Assembly (NCBI GenBank): GCA_951406725.2
Contig: OX597819.1
Coordinates: forward strand, 121,830,001 to 121,894,000
Reading direction: 5' to 3'
Length of the DNA stretch: 64,000 nucleotides
DNA from: Octopus vulgaris
Lineage: Eukaryota
Within the stretch, counting starts at the first letter, position 1, and each line of letters starts with the position of its first letter. The notes under the pieces are model-generated. The model searched no databases. It saw only the letters and a list, made by a program, of their open reading frames with translations, and was not told where the DNA came from. Shown here piece after piece: positions 1-13,303 of the stretch. A program made the position numbers and the translations under genes.

Positions 1-644
1 ACATAGAAAGCATGTTCTATGTTTTCTTTAGGGGACCAAAAACGTAACAGAAATTTAGTCACATGTGGGCATGATCCGAAAAGCTCTGTCTTTGTATTTA
101 GACATGCAGTTGGGTCTAAGCTGCTTTTCCAGATAAGCCATCTCTCCATGTCGCATAGACCGCACCTTCCGCTGCCGTTGGTATAGGGCTTACATCTGGC
201 CAAAACCTTCCATTGTATGTTATAATCGACACCTTTATCTCTTAAAGACCAAATATGATTAGATAATTGTGTCGCTTTTCTTTTGTTCCAGTCCCTAAAG
301 CTCAAAGTGTGATTATTGAACCTGGCCTTGAAATTACCCTCTGTAAGGCCCACGTATTTCTTCGTCGAAACGGTGTCTTTAGTGGTTGTAGAGTTTACGG
401 TAGCTTCATATATGATGGTCTTGGAAATGCAAGCTCCATTTAGCGGGCACAATTCTTTATTCCTGCATGAACAGCTGTTTTCTTGTGTTTTTTGTATGTT
501 ATGTTTGATTATGTTTTTAAAATTGGTAGTTGAACTAAAACTAATTTTTAAATCGTGTCTATTGAAGAGTTTCCTATAAGTATGGTTAACTGGAAAATGT
601 CTATCTATCAGTGCTAGGAAATATTTACCTGTATTGAAGGCCAC
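1..644 (-). mobile_element. 5'-truncated Penelope-like element, Naiad-type GIY-YIG endonuclease region; frame runs off the window
   Basis: Manual translation 644->1 has no stop: ...HFPVNHTYRKLFNR...CSCRNKELCPLNGAC...IIYEATV...YVGLTEGNFKARFNNHTLSF...LSNHIW...CGLC...LN...CPH. It abuts a SINE at 645-650. Confidence 0.8.
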
Positions 645-1059
645 CTCAAGAGTGGGAGAAAGAGTGGTGAAAGAGTACAGCAAGGATCACCATCCCCTGC
701 CGGAGCCTCGTTGAGTCCGCTGCCCTAACCACTAGGCCATTGCGCCTCCATATATATATATATATATATTTATATATATTTCGTTCCAACAACCGGTTAA
801 ACAACCATGCACAAGAAACCCACACCACTCGCAATGATTACCAACGAAGGCCTCCTAGAACACCACACCCGAATATGGGATATCGGGACGCTCTTGTCAA
901 TACTGTTCCAAGAACACACCATAAATCACAACAGGAGACCCCACATCAACAAAGAACAACTATATAATAGCTACAGCCCAACCAGCGGATTCATTTTTTA
1001 GACCCAATACGCAAACACAGAGACACAAGATAGCACCAAACAAGCAGGAGGAACCAAAA

Positions 1060-3323
1060 GTGATAAAAATTATCAATCTAATTCACAAGGAACTAACAGC
1101 AAACCAAATAAGCATACTTTCCAAAGGACTCAAGTTTACACCCACCCCACAACACCCCAACTACAATGAAATGAAAGAAGACATCGCAGAATTCTGCAGA
1201 AAATTAAGACTTACTGAGGAGCTATACGACAAATACAACGAGGACGAATCGTTAGTCAGAAATAGGAGTAACTACACCCCCTCTAAAGGTAAGAACAAAA
1301 CACTTGATGATTTCTGTGACCACATATCAAATTACCCATATCAACATATGCACAAACAAAAACACAAACCAAATTTCAGCAAAAAAGAGTGGGTTGAGTT
1401 GAACAAATTAAAACAAGATGAAACAATAACAATCAAAGAGGCCGATAAAGGGAGTGCTGTTGTCTTAATGGATACGACATTTTACATAACTTTGGTACTA
1501 TCTATGCTGGAAGACACAACAAACTATGAAAAGGCACAAAACTACAGTCAACAAAAAATAATGAGGGAACTAAAATCCATGTTAAACCCATACAAAGAAG
1601 GGCTCACCGACAAAGAATATGATTATATGACCAATTTCACAAGTAAAACCAGCCAATTCTACGGTATACCTAAGATACACAAAAGTGAGAAAATAAGTAA
1701 CGCATGCAAGATAGCTACAGACAAAATAATTAAAGTCCCTAATCCTAATGACCTCAAATTGAGACCCATAATAGCAGGTCCCGCATGCGAAACCCACCGC
1801 CTCAGTAACTTTTTAGACACCCTGTTAAAACCACTCCTCAAACATGTCAAAAGCTATATAAGGGACGACTTGGATATGCTCAATCACCTACCGAATACTA
1901 TAAACAAAAACACCATACTGGTATCTTTCGATGTAGTCAACCTCTACTCCAATATCCCCCACAACCTAGGACTAGAGGCAATCCAATTCTGGCTAGAGAA
2001 TCACGCCAACGAACTCCCACATCGCATCAAAAAAGAATTCGTGATAGAAGGGGTTAAATTCATCCTGGAAAATAACTTCTTCGCCTTCAAAGACAACTTC
2101 TACCGACAAAAATCGGGGACTGCGATGGGTACACGAATGGCCCCCTCCTTTGGCAACCTAGTCATAGGATATCTAGAGATCAGTCTGTATCGTAAGGTTC
2201 TAGAAAGATATGGCAGCCCTTTCTCCATCTACATAGAAAACAACTGGAAGAGATATCTAGATGACTGTTTCATTCTTTGGCATAAAAATATAGAAAAACT
2301 CAAAGAATTCCAAGAAATTTTAAACGGACTGGACGTAAACATCCAATTCACGATGGAATATAGCCAGCAACAACTCCCTTCCTCGATATCCTCATTAAGA
2401 AACCTAATAATGTAATAGAAACAGACATATATTATAAGCCTACAGATTCTAAGCAATATCTTCCATTCAATTCATGCCACCCCAGATACACCAGGATGAA
2501 TATCCCCTTCAATCTAGCAAAAAGGATATGCACTATAGTTTCTAATGCAAACACCAGAGACACACGACTACAAGAACTAAAAGATACCCTTATCACCAGG
2601 AACTACCCACCTTCACTTATTGACATGTGCATTCAACGTGCCCTTCAACTTAACATCAAGGAACTGAGACATCCAAAATCAAAGAAAAACTTACGACCAA
2701 AAGCCTTACCATACATCTCCACACACAACCCTCTCAATAATGAAGCCTTCGGCACCATCCTCCACAACATACCCCTCCTAAAAAAAGACCACAGAATGAA
2801 CACAATCCTCCAAACACACACGATCATAAAAAGCAAGAGACAGCCTAAATCTATGAAAAGTCTCATAACACAAGCCCGAATACACTCTTCAACACAGAAG
2901 CCGACAGTAAAAAAATGTGGAAGATCCAATTACGGGATATGCGATTATCTAATTGAGGGATCAGAGTTCTCCTTCAAACAGGGACAACGGTTTACAGTGA
3001 AAAGCAACTTCACATGTGCTTCGGAGAACCTGATATACACACTAACCTGCTCTGGGTGTCAAGAGCAGTACATAGGCCAAACAAAAAATAGTTTGCGTAA
3101 AAGAATGGCCCTGCACAGACACCAGATAAAAATTCCCCAAAACAGAAAAATAGCTTTCAGCCAAGACATAGATACTTGCGCCAACAACAAAACACCAGGC
3201 TTCAGGATTCCACCCCCCTACCAATTTAGGGACGATACAACCTCGAGACAACGAATAAGTAAAGAAACTCTCTTTATTACAAAATACAGGCCACTACTTA
3301 ACGGGTCTACGACAAACGATTAA
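1060..3323 (+). pseudogene. Frameshifted PLE RT/GIY-YIG ORF (family A)
   Basis: ORFs 1060..2415 and 2496..3323 are joined by a frameshift near 2378, where the unit-3 copy reads QLPFLDILI. Confidence 0.9.
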
Positions 3324-3990
3324 TATACCTCAACTTTAGAATAACAGAAATATACACACACAAATATTACATTCCAAAGAATCCATTACAAATCACCCCC
3401 AATCACAGCTATAATCCATAACGTGCCAACTTCAAGTCATACAACACCTCACTACATTCACTCATTCATATTCTCCCTTCTCGTTTTTCTTCTTCTTCCT
3501 CTTCTTCATCATCATCATCATTATCATCATCATCATCGTCATCATCATCACCATCATCATCATCTTCTTCTTCTCCTTCTCCTTCTTCTTCTTCTTCTTC
3601 TTCTTCTTCTTCTTCTTCTTCTTCTTCTTCTTCTTCTACTCCACCTTCTACCTCTTAACTTTATCACTAATGCTTTTTAGTATAACACCTACGCAAATTC
3701 CATAAACAAACCTTTCAATAGAAATATTCTCCTGAATTGAACTGCAACTGCTAGCCGCCACTGACCATTCAAAATACGACCATCAAGGCACTCCCAAATA
3801 TTTCCACCCCCTCTCCTCATCAGCCTCCTTCTTCTTCTACCCTACCAAGAATTCACAATGGCCTCGAACAAACAAGTGCAAACAAGGGAGACAAAGAAAG
3901 GCAGAATGCTACTTATATTTGAACACTATACAAATATTCCTTTAAAAAAACATTTCTTTTAATTTTTCTAACTTTAATTATTTAATCGTT

Positions 3991-4030
3991 ACAGTTGAAA
4001 AGGTCTCAAAATGACCGAAACCGGTACTGA
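3991..4030 (+). ncRNA. Minimal type I hammerhead ribozyme motif, U3-A8 variant, in the PLE-A 3' repeat
   Basis: CAG-TTGAAAA-GGTC(tcaaaat)GACC-GAAA-CCGGT-A-CTG, with palindromic stem III ACCGGT. Confidence 0.65.
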
Positions 4031-4115
4031 AATGTTCTTTATAAAAATATTTTAGCATTTTCTATTCTGACTTGTTTTTTCATATATATCAACTCGTGTG
4101 TTCCATTTCACCCTT

Positions 4116-4177
<62 letters not shown>

Positions 4178-4240
4178 GTTTAAATATTTGTTGTGCAAGA
4201 TTTTATTGGCTAAACTGGCAATATGACCATTCCGAAATAT

Positions 4241-4288
<48 letters not shown>

Positions 4289-4611
4289 TGTGTATGTATA
4301 TGTATGTTGTTTTATTTAATTTAAAATATATATACACACTAATTATGCAACTATTTAACTATATTTATAGAAACAAATAATACTTAGGCCTATAGTACCG
4401 TAGACGTACTTATCTCAAGGCGTGTATATACATATATGCATATATATACGCATACATACATTTATACACATTTGTGATATGTAGGAGTGTTAATGCATTA
4501 ACCAAGCTTAGCCTTCTTAACATGTGGTTCTTGCGAATAAAGTGGCTCTTGGAGAAAGTTTGATTGTTTAGACACACATATATATAGATATAGTTCTATA
4601 TAAAAAGATTC

Positions 4612-4878
4612 CACGGGCATACGGGGTAGTTGTTAAGAGCTCGAGCTACTAACCCCAAGATTCCGAGTTCGATTCCAAGCAGTGACCTGAACAACAATAA
4701 TAATAATAATTAATAATAATAACAACAGCATCGAAAGATACCCTAGGAATGAGAACCCAGGTTCGAAATTTCTCCAAGACATTTGATGAAGGATGGAGGG
4801 TATATCAGCCAAAACGTTGTGTTAACAAAAAACAAGATGAGGACAAATATCCGTCTAATGTAAATAATGTAAATAATA
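4612..4878 (+). mobile_element. tRNA-headed SINE-like element with a 3' hammerhead-like motif (unit 1)
   Basis: B box GAGTTCGATTCC at 4665-4676, internal (AAT)n, hammerhead-like 4777-4824 (GAAA changed to AAAA here), tail ATGTAAATAATGTAAATAAT. Confidence 0.65.
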
Positions 4879-5489
4879 TATATAAATGTCTTTGTAATTT
4901 GTTTTTTAAAACTTAACTATTGAAGGACCCTTCTATTTTATCCTTCTCACTTAAATTATCGAAATTGGAAAGTGAATACTTAATCATATTATTGTCTCAC
5001 TTTGCTATTGAAAAAAAACAAACATGAACGACCAATTCACATAAAGCTTTATTTATCTATTGTATTTCGGGAGGGTCATTTTTTATTACTTGTTTTGGTA
5101 AATAAACACAGGCACTATATATTCGTTCTTCACCTGTTTATTTCTGTTTTTATTCTAAGTCCATTGTCCGGAAATCATTCGTCACACGTCTGTGACCTCT
5201 TCAGTGACACTTTCCGTTCTCGTATGTGCTCTTGCTCCGATTAGCCTATAAACGTTTATTTATCTATTTTTACCCACAAATAAAAGTTTTAAAATGGTAG
5301 CGTCATTGTGTTACAGATTATGTAAGAGAGGAAAGAATCGTTCAGTCTTTCTAACTCTAGAGATATTTCAAAGAAAACCGAGGTCAAAGAGTTAGAAATA
5401 AACCTCAGTGGTAACGAAATGGTATGTACAGGTCTGTGGATGGCTTCTTGACAGTAATGTGAATTAAAATTATTTCATTACCAGGTGTT

Positions 5490-5655
5490 CTTTTACTCGT
5501 TTCAGTCATTTGACTGCGGCCATGCTGGATCACCGCCTATTTGTCGAAGAAATCGACCCCTGGACTTATTCCTTGTAAGCCTGGAGCTTATTCTATCGGT
5601 TTCTTCTGCCGAACCGCTAATGTTACGGGGGCCATAAACACATCAACATCGGATG

Positions 5656-5705
<50 letters not shown>

Positions 5706-5873
5706 GAAGGGCTTCTTTCAGTTTCCGTCTACCAAATCCACTCACAAGGCTTTGTTTGAACCAAAGCTATAGTAGAAGACACTTGCCCAAGGTGCCACGC
5801 GGTGGGGCTGAAGCCGGAAATGAACCATGTGGTCGGTAAGCAAGCTTCTTATCACACAACCACGCCTGCGCCT
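5490..5873 (-). mobile_element. tRNA-derived SINE with internal (CA)n; paralogues at ~21825-22220 and ~39775-40168
   Basis: Same family as the many copies at 57-62.6 kb. Minus-strand tail GGCGGTG.TCCAGCATGGCCGCAGTCAAATGACTGAAAC. Confidence 0.8.
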
Positions 5874-5941
5874 AGGAGAACTGAAGGAAAATCCTTTGGT
5901 AGACGGAAACTAAAAGGAGCCCGTCGTATATACATACATAT

Positions 5942-6030
<89 letters not shown>

Positions 6031-6337
6031 TAGATAGATAGATAGATAGATAGATGGATAGATAGATAGATAGATAATTAATAATAATACATAAAAAGTG
6101 TGTTATTGTCTCGAAGATTTTCATGGTAGTTGAAAAGTCATTAGCGTCTATTTCTAATTCAGTACGAGGCGAAGCAATTGGCTGAGCCCTGATTATAATT
6201 AAGTATATAATTATAGAATATTTTGTATATTTCACGTAAAAAGGTTTTTTTAGCGTTCTGACTACTCGGTAAAATTATTATTCTTTAATTATTTAATCAA
6301 TTTTACTCACTCTCTCTCTCTCTATATATATATATAC

Positions 6338-6379
<42 letters not shown>

Positions 6380-6391
6380 GTGTATATATAC

Positions 6392-6453
<62 letters not shown>

Positions 6454-6470
6454 ATATATACATGTATATA

Positions 6471-6508
<38 letters not shown>

Positions 6509-6511
6509 CAT

Positions 6512-7162
6512 ATAGGAAAAAAGCAACAAGAATGGATCAAAATATCGGTACAATTGTTTCGTACGAAGACATCTTTAATAAGGCTACAAAAATTGCAGTA
6601 AATATAGGTGGCTCGTACTCATCAGCCGAAAAAACATCCGAGATTTCCAAACATCAAAGGGGGTAATGTTATACTTGTGAAACATCATGGAAAGTTCTAT
6701 AAAAATGGAAATTTAGATAAGAAATTGGTTTCTAAGATTTCAATTAGTATTACACAGTCATATATCAGGTTTTTAAAAAGTATTTTCAAAACATCTTAGT
6801 TTTCCAGGAAGTGAAGAAAAAGGTGAGGGTGTGAATATATCCTTATTGAAGAAAGTTGGATTCCTGGAGATATGATGAGAATTATTGTACTCACAGAATA
6901 TGCGTTTGTCCATATATAGTTTTTATCGCCTGATGGGTACGAGCCATCTATATTTACTACAATTTTTGTAGCCTTATAAAAAGATGTATTCTTACGAAAC
7001 AATTGTACCGATATTTTGATCCATTCTTGTTGCTTTTTTCCTATTTGTAATCTCCCCACATTATCGTATGGTTAACACCGTATAGATTTCTGGTGTATCC
7101 TAGTCAAGTACCATATTCATGTGAATTCAATAGAACTCATTTGAATCTTAAGTTCTTAAACC

Positions 7163-7163
<1 letters not shown>
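6512..7163. mobile_element. Non-coding element with ~120-bp inverted arms, each a hammerhead (probable inverted PLE pseudo-LTR pair), in (TA)n
   Basis: 6512-6635 is the reverse complement of ~6920-7044. Flanked by (TA)n on both sides. Confidence 0.75.
6545..6629 (-). ncRNA. Canonical type I hammerhead ribozyme
   Basis: Minus strand: TCGG-CTGATGA-GTACGA(~45 nt)TCGTAC-GAAA-CAATTGT-A-CCGA. Full core, paired stems I and II, palindromic stem III, GUA cleavage triplet. Confidence 0.85.
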
Positions 7164-7201
<38 letters not shown>

Positions 7202-7707
7202 CACTTCGTCGGTTGCGACGATCAGAGTTCCAGCTAATCCAAACGATGGTCCTTATCGTGAAATTACCGTTGCTGATCACTCCATAAACATGCATACACT
7301 TATCTTAGTTTCTTTGAATGAATATCTTAAAAGGAAACTCTCTAAGAAATCCCATCATATTTATACATACACAAATAAATATTTGTCTGTGCTAAGTACA
7401 TCCCCAAGGATGGAGCCTTGTATCTTTGCTGAAAACCGGCTCCCTCCTCAGTGGAAGATTTATAATCATTAGAAAATTGAAGATACACGCACTTGCTATT
7501 GGTTAGCTCCCCTGATCTGTATATTTATTTCGAAATCCTGCGTAACCTTGCGTTGTTTCGTGTCTTCTCAAACAAAACGGACGTTATTACCAGTTTCATT
7601 ATTTATCCATAAATAAATGATATTTATTCACCAATGCAATGTTGAGTATTCATTCTCAGATTTCGATACTAACGTCTATATATATGTAAGTGTGTGTGTG
7701 TGTGTGT

Positions 7708-8066
7708 GGAGGTGCAATGGCCCAGTGGTTAAGGCAGCGGTCGTGAGGTCGCGGTTTCGATTCCCTGACCGGGCATTGTCAGTGTTTATTGAGCGGAAAC
7801 ACCTAAAGCTCCACGAGGCTCCAACAGGGAGTGGTTGCGGATCCTGCTGTACTCTTTCACCATTACTTTCTCTCACTCTTTCTTCTGTGTTTCTGTTGTA
7901 CTTGTATTTCAAAGGGTCAGCCTTGTGACACACTGTGTCACGCTGAATCTGCACGAGAACTTCGTTCAGGACACACAGCCACTTACACGTTACTTTTCCG
8001 AGCAGGCTGTTCCGTTGATCGGATAAACTGGAACCCTTGTCGTAGTAACCGATGGAGTGCCACGAC
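7708..8066 (+). mobile_element. tRNA-derived SINE, second family; paralogues at ~24058-24416 and ~42365-42720
   Basis: A box TGGCCCAGTGG and B box GGTTTCGATTCC. Related pieces at 650-750, 7200-7290, 15916-16122 and 57690-57851. Confidence 0.75.
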
Positions 8067-8544
8067 ATGTGTGTGTGTGTGTGTGTGTTTGTTAGTTTGT
8101 TTGCACCTCCGTGACCTAGCGGTTCGGCTAAAAGACTAATAGGAAAAGCATCAAACTTAAGTCGATATTTTTGACGAAAATCTCTTGAAGGCGCTGACCC
8201 ACTATAGTCGCAGCCCAATGACTGAAAGCAGTGTTATAGAACTTACCAGCTGTAATCAAAAAGTATCCAACCTTTTTTTTATTTTGCGCAAAATAACAAA
8301 GCGTGAGCAAAATCTGCATGGGTATGCGCAAAGATTTCCCCCTGCAGTGATGTGTTGGGTACAGCCTTGAAGTGTGCTGTGAGATTTTTTTTAGTCAAAT
8401 TTTTTAAAAATATTACTTGTTTTTTTGGCCAAAGGTCGGATCATTTTTGTCTACACATACTACTTGCAAATTTATTGGAATTTATAAATATTATGCACTA
8501 AAATGTTTCAGAATTCAAAAGTTAAAGAAATGGACGAAATTCAG

Positions 8545-8664
8545 TTTTGCATTTTTAAAGATCTTTATTTTTCACAAACAAGCATTTCTAAAAGTTATTG
8601 TATTTCAAGTCGTACTGGTTTCAGAAAACAGCCTTGCGATCATTGCTGATCTTGTAACGCAATT
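8545..8664 (-). other. Predicted terminal exon 3 of chitin-binding gene copy 1 (AA of the TAA stop plus 3' UTR)
   Basis: Acceptor attttgtatatttcag|AA at 8665/8664 and AATAAA at 8569-8564. Conserved in all three units. 3' end approximate. Confidence 0.55.
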
Positions 8665-9428
8665 CTGAAATATACAAAATATGAATATATATATAGATAT
8701 AAAAAAGATATAAAAAAGATTTTAAAAATCTAGAAGTTAATCTTATCTTCCTAAAATAAATCCTTGTAGGTAAAAGACTTAAATTAGAAAATTGCGATCA
8801 AGTGTCTATAGAATTTGCATAATTTACTATTTTTCTTTAGCCCTGGGACACATCGGAACGCTTAATCAATTACCATGGCATATTACTGACGATCACAACA
8901 TTCCATATGAACGTGACTTTGGTCCATCACAGTATATAAGGCCAGCAATTTCCAATGACGATAGAAGCCGAGGCCAATAACACCACTTTATATTCATTTC
9001 TTTACTGCCCACAAGGGGCTATACACATAGGGGACAAACAAGGACAAACAAACGGATTAAGTTTATTATATCGACCCCAGCGCGTAACTGGTACTTATTT
9101 AATCGACCCCGAAAGGATGAAAGGCAAAGTCGACCTCGGCGGAATTCGAACCCGAGTATAAACAGCCGGAACAAACACAGCTAAGCATTTTATCCGACGC
9201 TCTAAAGGGATTGATAACTCACCGTTTTAAACGGTTTCAAATTTTGATACAAGGCGAATAATAGAGGAGTTAATGTTTGTCCAATTTCTGTCTCATCTAT
9301 CAAAAACATTCTGACAGTTTTACTATTACTATGGCCGCTAGGACTCTAGATCTTTCTGTAATGCGATAATTTAGAAATAAACGTGTCAAACGAAATATAA
9401 TAAAATAAAATATAAAGAAGTTACTTAC

Positions 9429-9608
9429 ATTGGTTTTGACAATATGGCGGACGAATTTCGCTACATCTTTGAGTTTGGGGGTTAAAGAAAAGATTTAATT
9501 GACACGGCATGGAAGGGTATGAGGTACGCTTGAAACAGGGAATATACCTGTGGCAGTCACTAGGGTCACGGTTCATCCCGTCTGGGTATTGGTTACAGAG
9601 AGGATCAT
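9429..9608 (-). CDS. Chitin-binding protein copy 1, exon 2 (second CBM14/peritrophin-A domain)
   Basis: ttttctcttcag|...|gtaagt, 180 nt, phase 1-1. DDPLCNQYPDGMNRDPSDCHRYIPCFKRTSYPSMPCQLNLFFNPQTQRCSEIRPPYCQNQ (C-x13-C-x5-C-x10-C-x12-C-x7-C). Confidence 0.9.
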
Positions 9609-10449
9609 CTGAAGAGAAAATGTTTTAATAAAGTTTTAATGCAAGCGCGATAATTAATTTTGGTCATAGCTTGATTTTCAGAAAATGTAGTCACAAGGAC
9701 CATATACTATGAAATAGTATCAAATGATACGATATATACATCAGTTCACATATATACAAATGCAGATATATATTACTTCCGGTTTTCGTAGAGGAAAGAC
9801 GCGTTTGCTTTTGCTCTGTGAAAAAAACAAGAAGATTTGCATAAATCGACGAAATAATCTACTAAAACTAACAAAACGTAGAACTTGTTAACTCATAACG
9901 ATCTACTAAAATATATTAATTAAAAATATATTAATTAAAAACGTAATATATTTCGCTTGAAGCCAAATATAATACATTAAAGTTAGTTACGCATGCTAGA
10001 TTCTTCGCCGAAAAAGCACGTGGTGTCAATTCTTTAACTTATCTCCAACCAAATGTAAGAAGGAAAAAGAATTGTTCTCTTTTCTGTTTTGAAAGAAAAC
10101 TTCTTCGTACAAGCACGAAGGCTTGGACTGTACCTTTTAGAATAAGTAACGTTTTCATATTTTTGTTTATTATTTTATATTTTCCTTTAATGTAAGCTAA
10201 CATCTCAGTTACGATTTACGACGCCATCTTTGTTTACATTCTGAGAATAACTTTCTTTCAATTTCTGTTTCGCTTTCAACCTATCTTTCATTTTATCTCT
10301 ATAAAACTAATATTTAAAATTTCTTTTTATATGTTTATTTTCATGTAAGCTACGACTGAGCTAGAAATATAATCGTAATTTTATTGTAATTTCATTTTAT
10401 CGTAATTTAATTCTATCTCTATAAAACTAATATTTAAAAATCCTTTTCA

Positions 10450-10955
10450 GCGCTAAAGAACAATGGATTTCATAGAACCATTGACCAAATAGAGCGAAAG
10501 AAAGGTGAATTTATCCGGTCTTACATGCTTATAAGACCACACATCAAAACATTGGATAACATAATTGAAAAGTATTGTGGCAAGGCTGATGAGGATGAAG
10601 AAGACGAAAAAAGAGAAGGAAGCCGAAGTCTCTGTGATCCAGGAGTTCCTCAGGAAAATGGATCACCTACCTCGGTGACCGACCTGGTAGTGAAGGATAG
10701 GCAGCTAAGGGAGCAGAAAACGGAAGCCCCCCTGTACCAGTGGTCCAACATAGAAATGAGAAATTAGAAAAACAGAAGAAAAAAGGAAGGACCGAAAACA
10801 AAAATAAGGAGGGAAAGGGAAGAAAAGGCAAAACAACCAAAGCTGAAACCCCGACCCACCACACAAACAGCAGAGAACCCCATGTGGGATCCAATGCCAC
10901 CCAGTACACTTCAGGAAAGAAGAAACCTGGAAGGCACCGAAGAACCTGTAGAAGA
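10450..10955 (+). mobile_element. 5' remnant (ORF1 part) of the CR1/L2-group LINE in intron 1 of copy 1
   Basis: Near-identical to 45393-45885; the rest is missing. Confidence 0.8.
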
Positions 10956-11243
10956 ATTTATATATTTTTATATATTTTTATATATTTTTTATGTATTTTT
11001 ATATAATTTTTTTGACGAAAAATGCGAGCGATGTATAAGTACGCAGGCAAGCAGAGTTATAACACAGTAATTTCCCTTTATTTAACGGTATTTTTTCATA
11101 GCGTTTTCAAATAGCCAGATAACCGAAGAGATGGTGTTGTGGATTTCCACTTCGGCATCTGAAACTGAGAGTTTTAACTTGACTACCGAGTAATGTAACA
11201 TATTATTGTATATATATATATATATATATATAAACACACACAC

Positions 11244-11276
<33 letters not shown>

Positions 11277-11277
11277 T

Positions 11278-11326
<49 letters not shown>

Positions 11327-11328
<2 letters not shown>

Positions 11329-11503
11329 TCGTTAGCTACTACACACATTTATTTCTCTCTATGTTTTTTTTCTATGTCCCTTTCTGAATAAAAGCGTTGG
11401 CTTGAAACGTAAAACACTTTTTCTATTCCTGAGTGTTATACTAATACATCTGTTTGTTTGTACACGACCTGTCTTCGTCATTTGTTTTTATCGTAAACTC
11501 TCG
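11327..11503 (+). mobile_element. Short non-coding repeat with a degenerate hammerhead-like motif; also at ~30400-30576 and ~56886-57040
   Basis: Best copy 30454-30487: TTT-CTGAATAA-GAGC(gtag)GCTC-GAAACGT-A-AAA. All copies sit next to microsatellites. Confidence 0.55.
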
Positions 11504-11504
11504 T

Positions 11505-13118
<1,614 letters not shown>

Positions 13119-13303
13119 ACCCTTTCTACTCTAAGCACAAAGCCTGGAATTTTGGGGGAGGGTCCAGTCGATTAGACTGACCTCAGTACACAACTGGTAC
13201 TTACTTTTTCGACCCCGAAAGGATGTAAGGCATAGTCGACCTCAGCGGAATTTGAACTCAGAATGGATGAAATTCCACTTCGCAATTTGCCCGGTGTGCT
13301 GAC

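Larger units (their letters stand above)
782..4119 (+). mobile_element. Penelope-like retroelement family A (Neptune-type), unit 1, in a (TA)n tract
   Basis: RT motifs LSKGLKF, ADKG, LRPII, SFDVVNLY, GTAMG, RYLDD, then GIY-YIG (IYTLTC...YIGQT...LRKRM). 3' region has (CAT)n/(CTT)n and a hammerhead-like motif. Confidence 0.92.

Noticed and set aside
1-644. Selenocysteine recoding in the Naiad fragment
   Set aside because: No in-frame TGA in the visible part, and the 3' UTR lies outside the window.
3423-3680. His-rich/poly-Leu ORF (also 37795..38220) resembling histidine-rich structural proteins
   Set aside because: It is the (CAT)n/(CTT)n microsatellite inside the PLE-A 3' region.
4621-4680. 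tRNA gene
   Set aside because: A/B boxes are present but there is no complete cloverleaf or terminator; it is a SINE head.
5140-5247. Alternative last exon (tatag|GCTAA, followed by AATAAA)
   Set aside because: Purine-rich acceptor context, first base varies between copies, and unit 3 has a deletion. Weaker than the 8664 acceptor, though not excluded.
8933-8940. Plus-strand TATATAAG in intron 2 (possible antisense promoter)
   Set aside because: Followed almost immediately by SINE sequence; no transcript evidence and expected by chance in AT-rich DNA.
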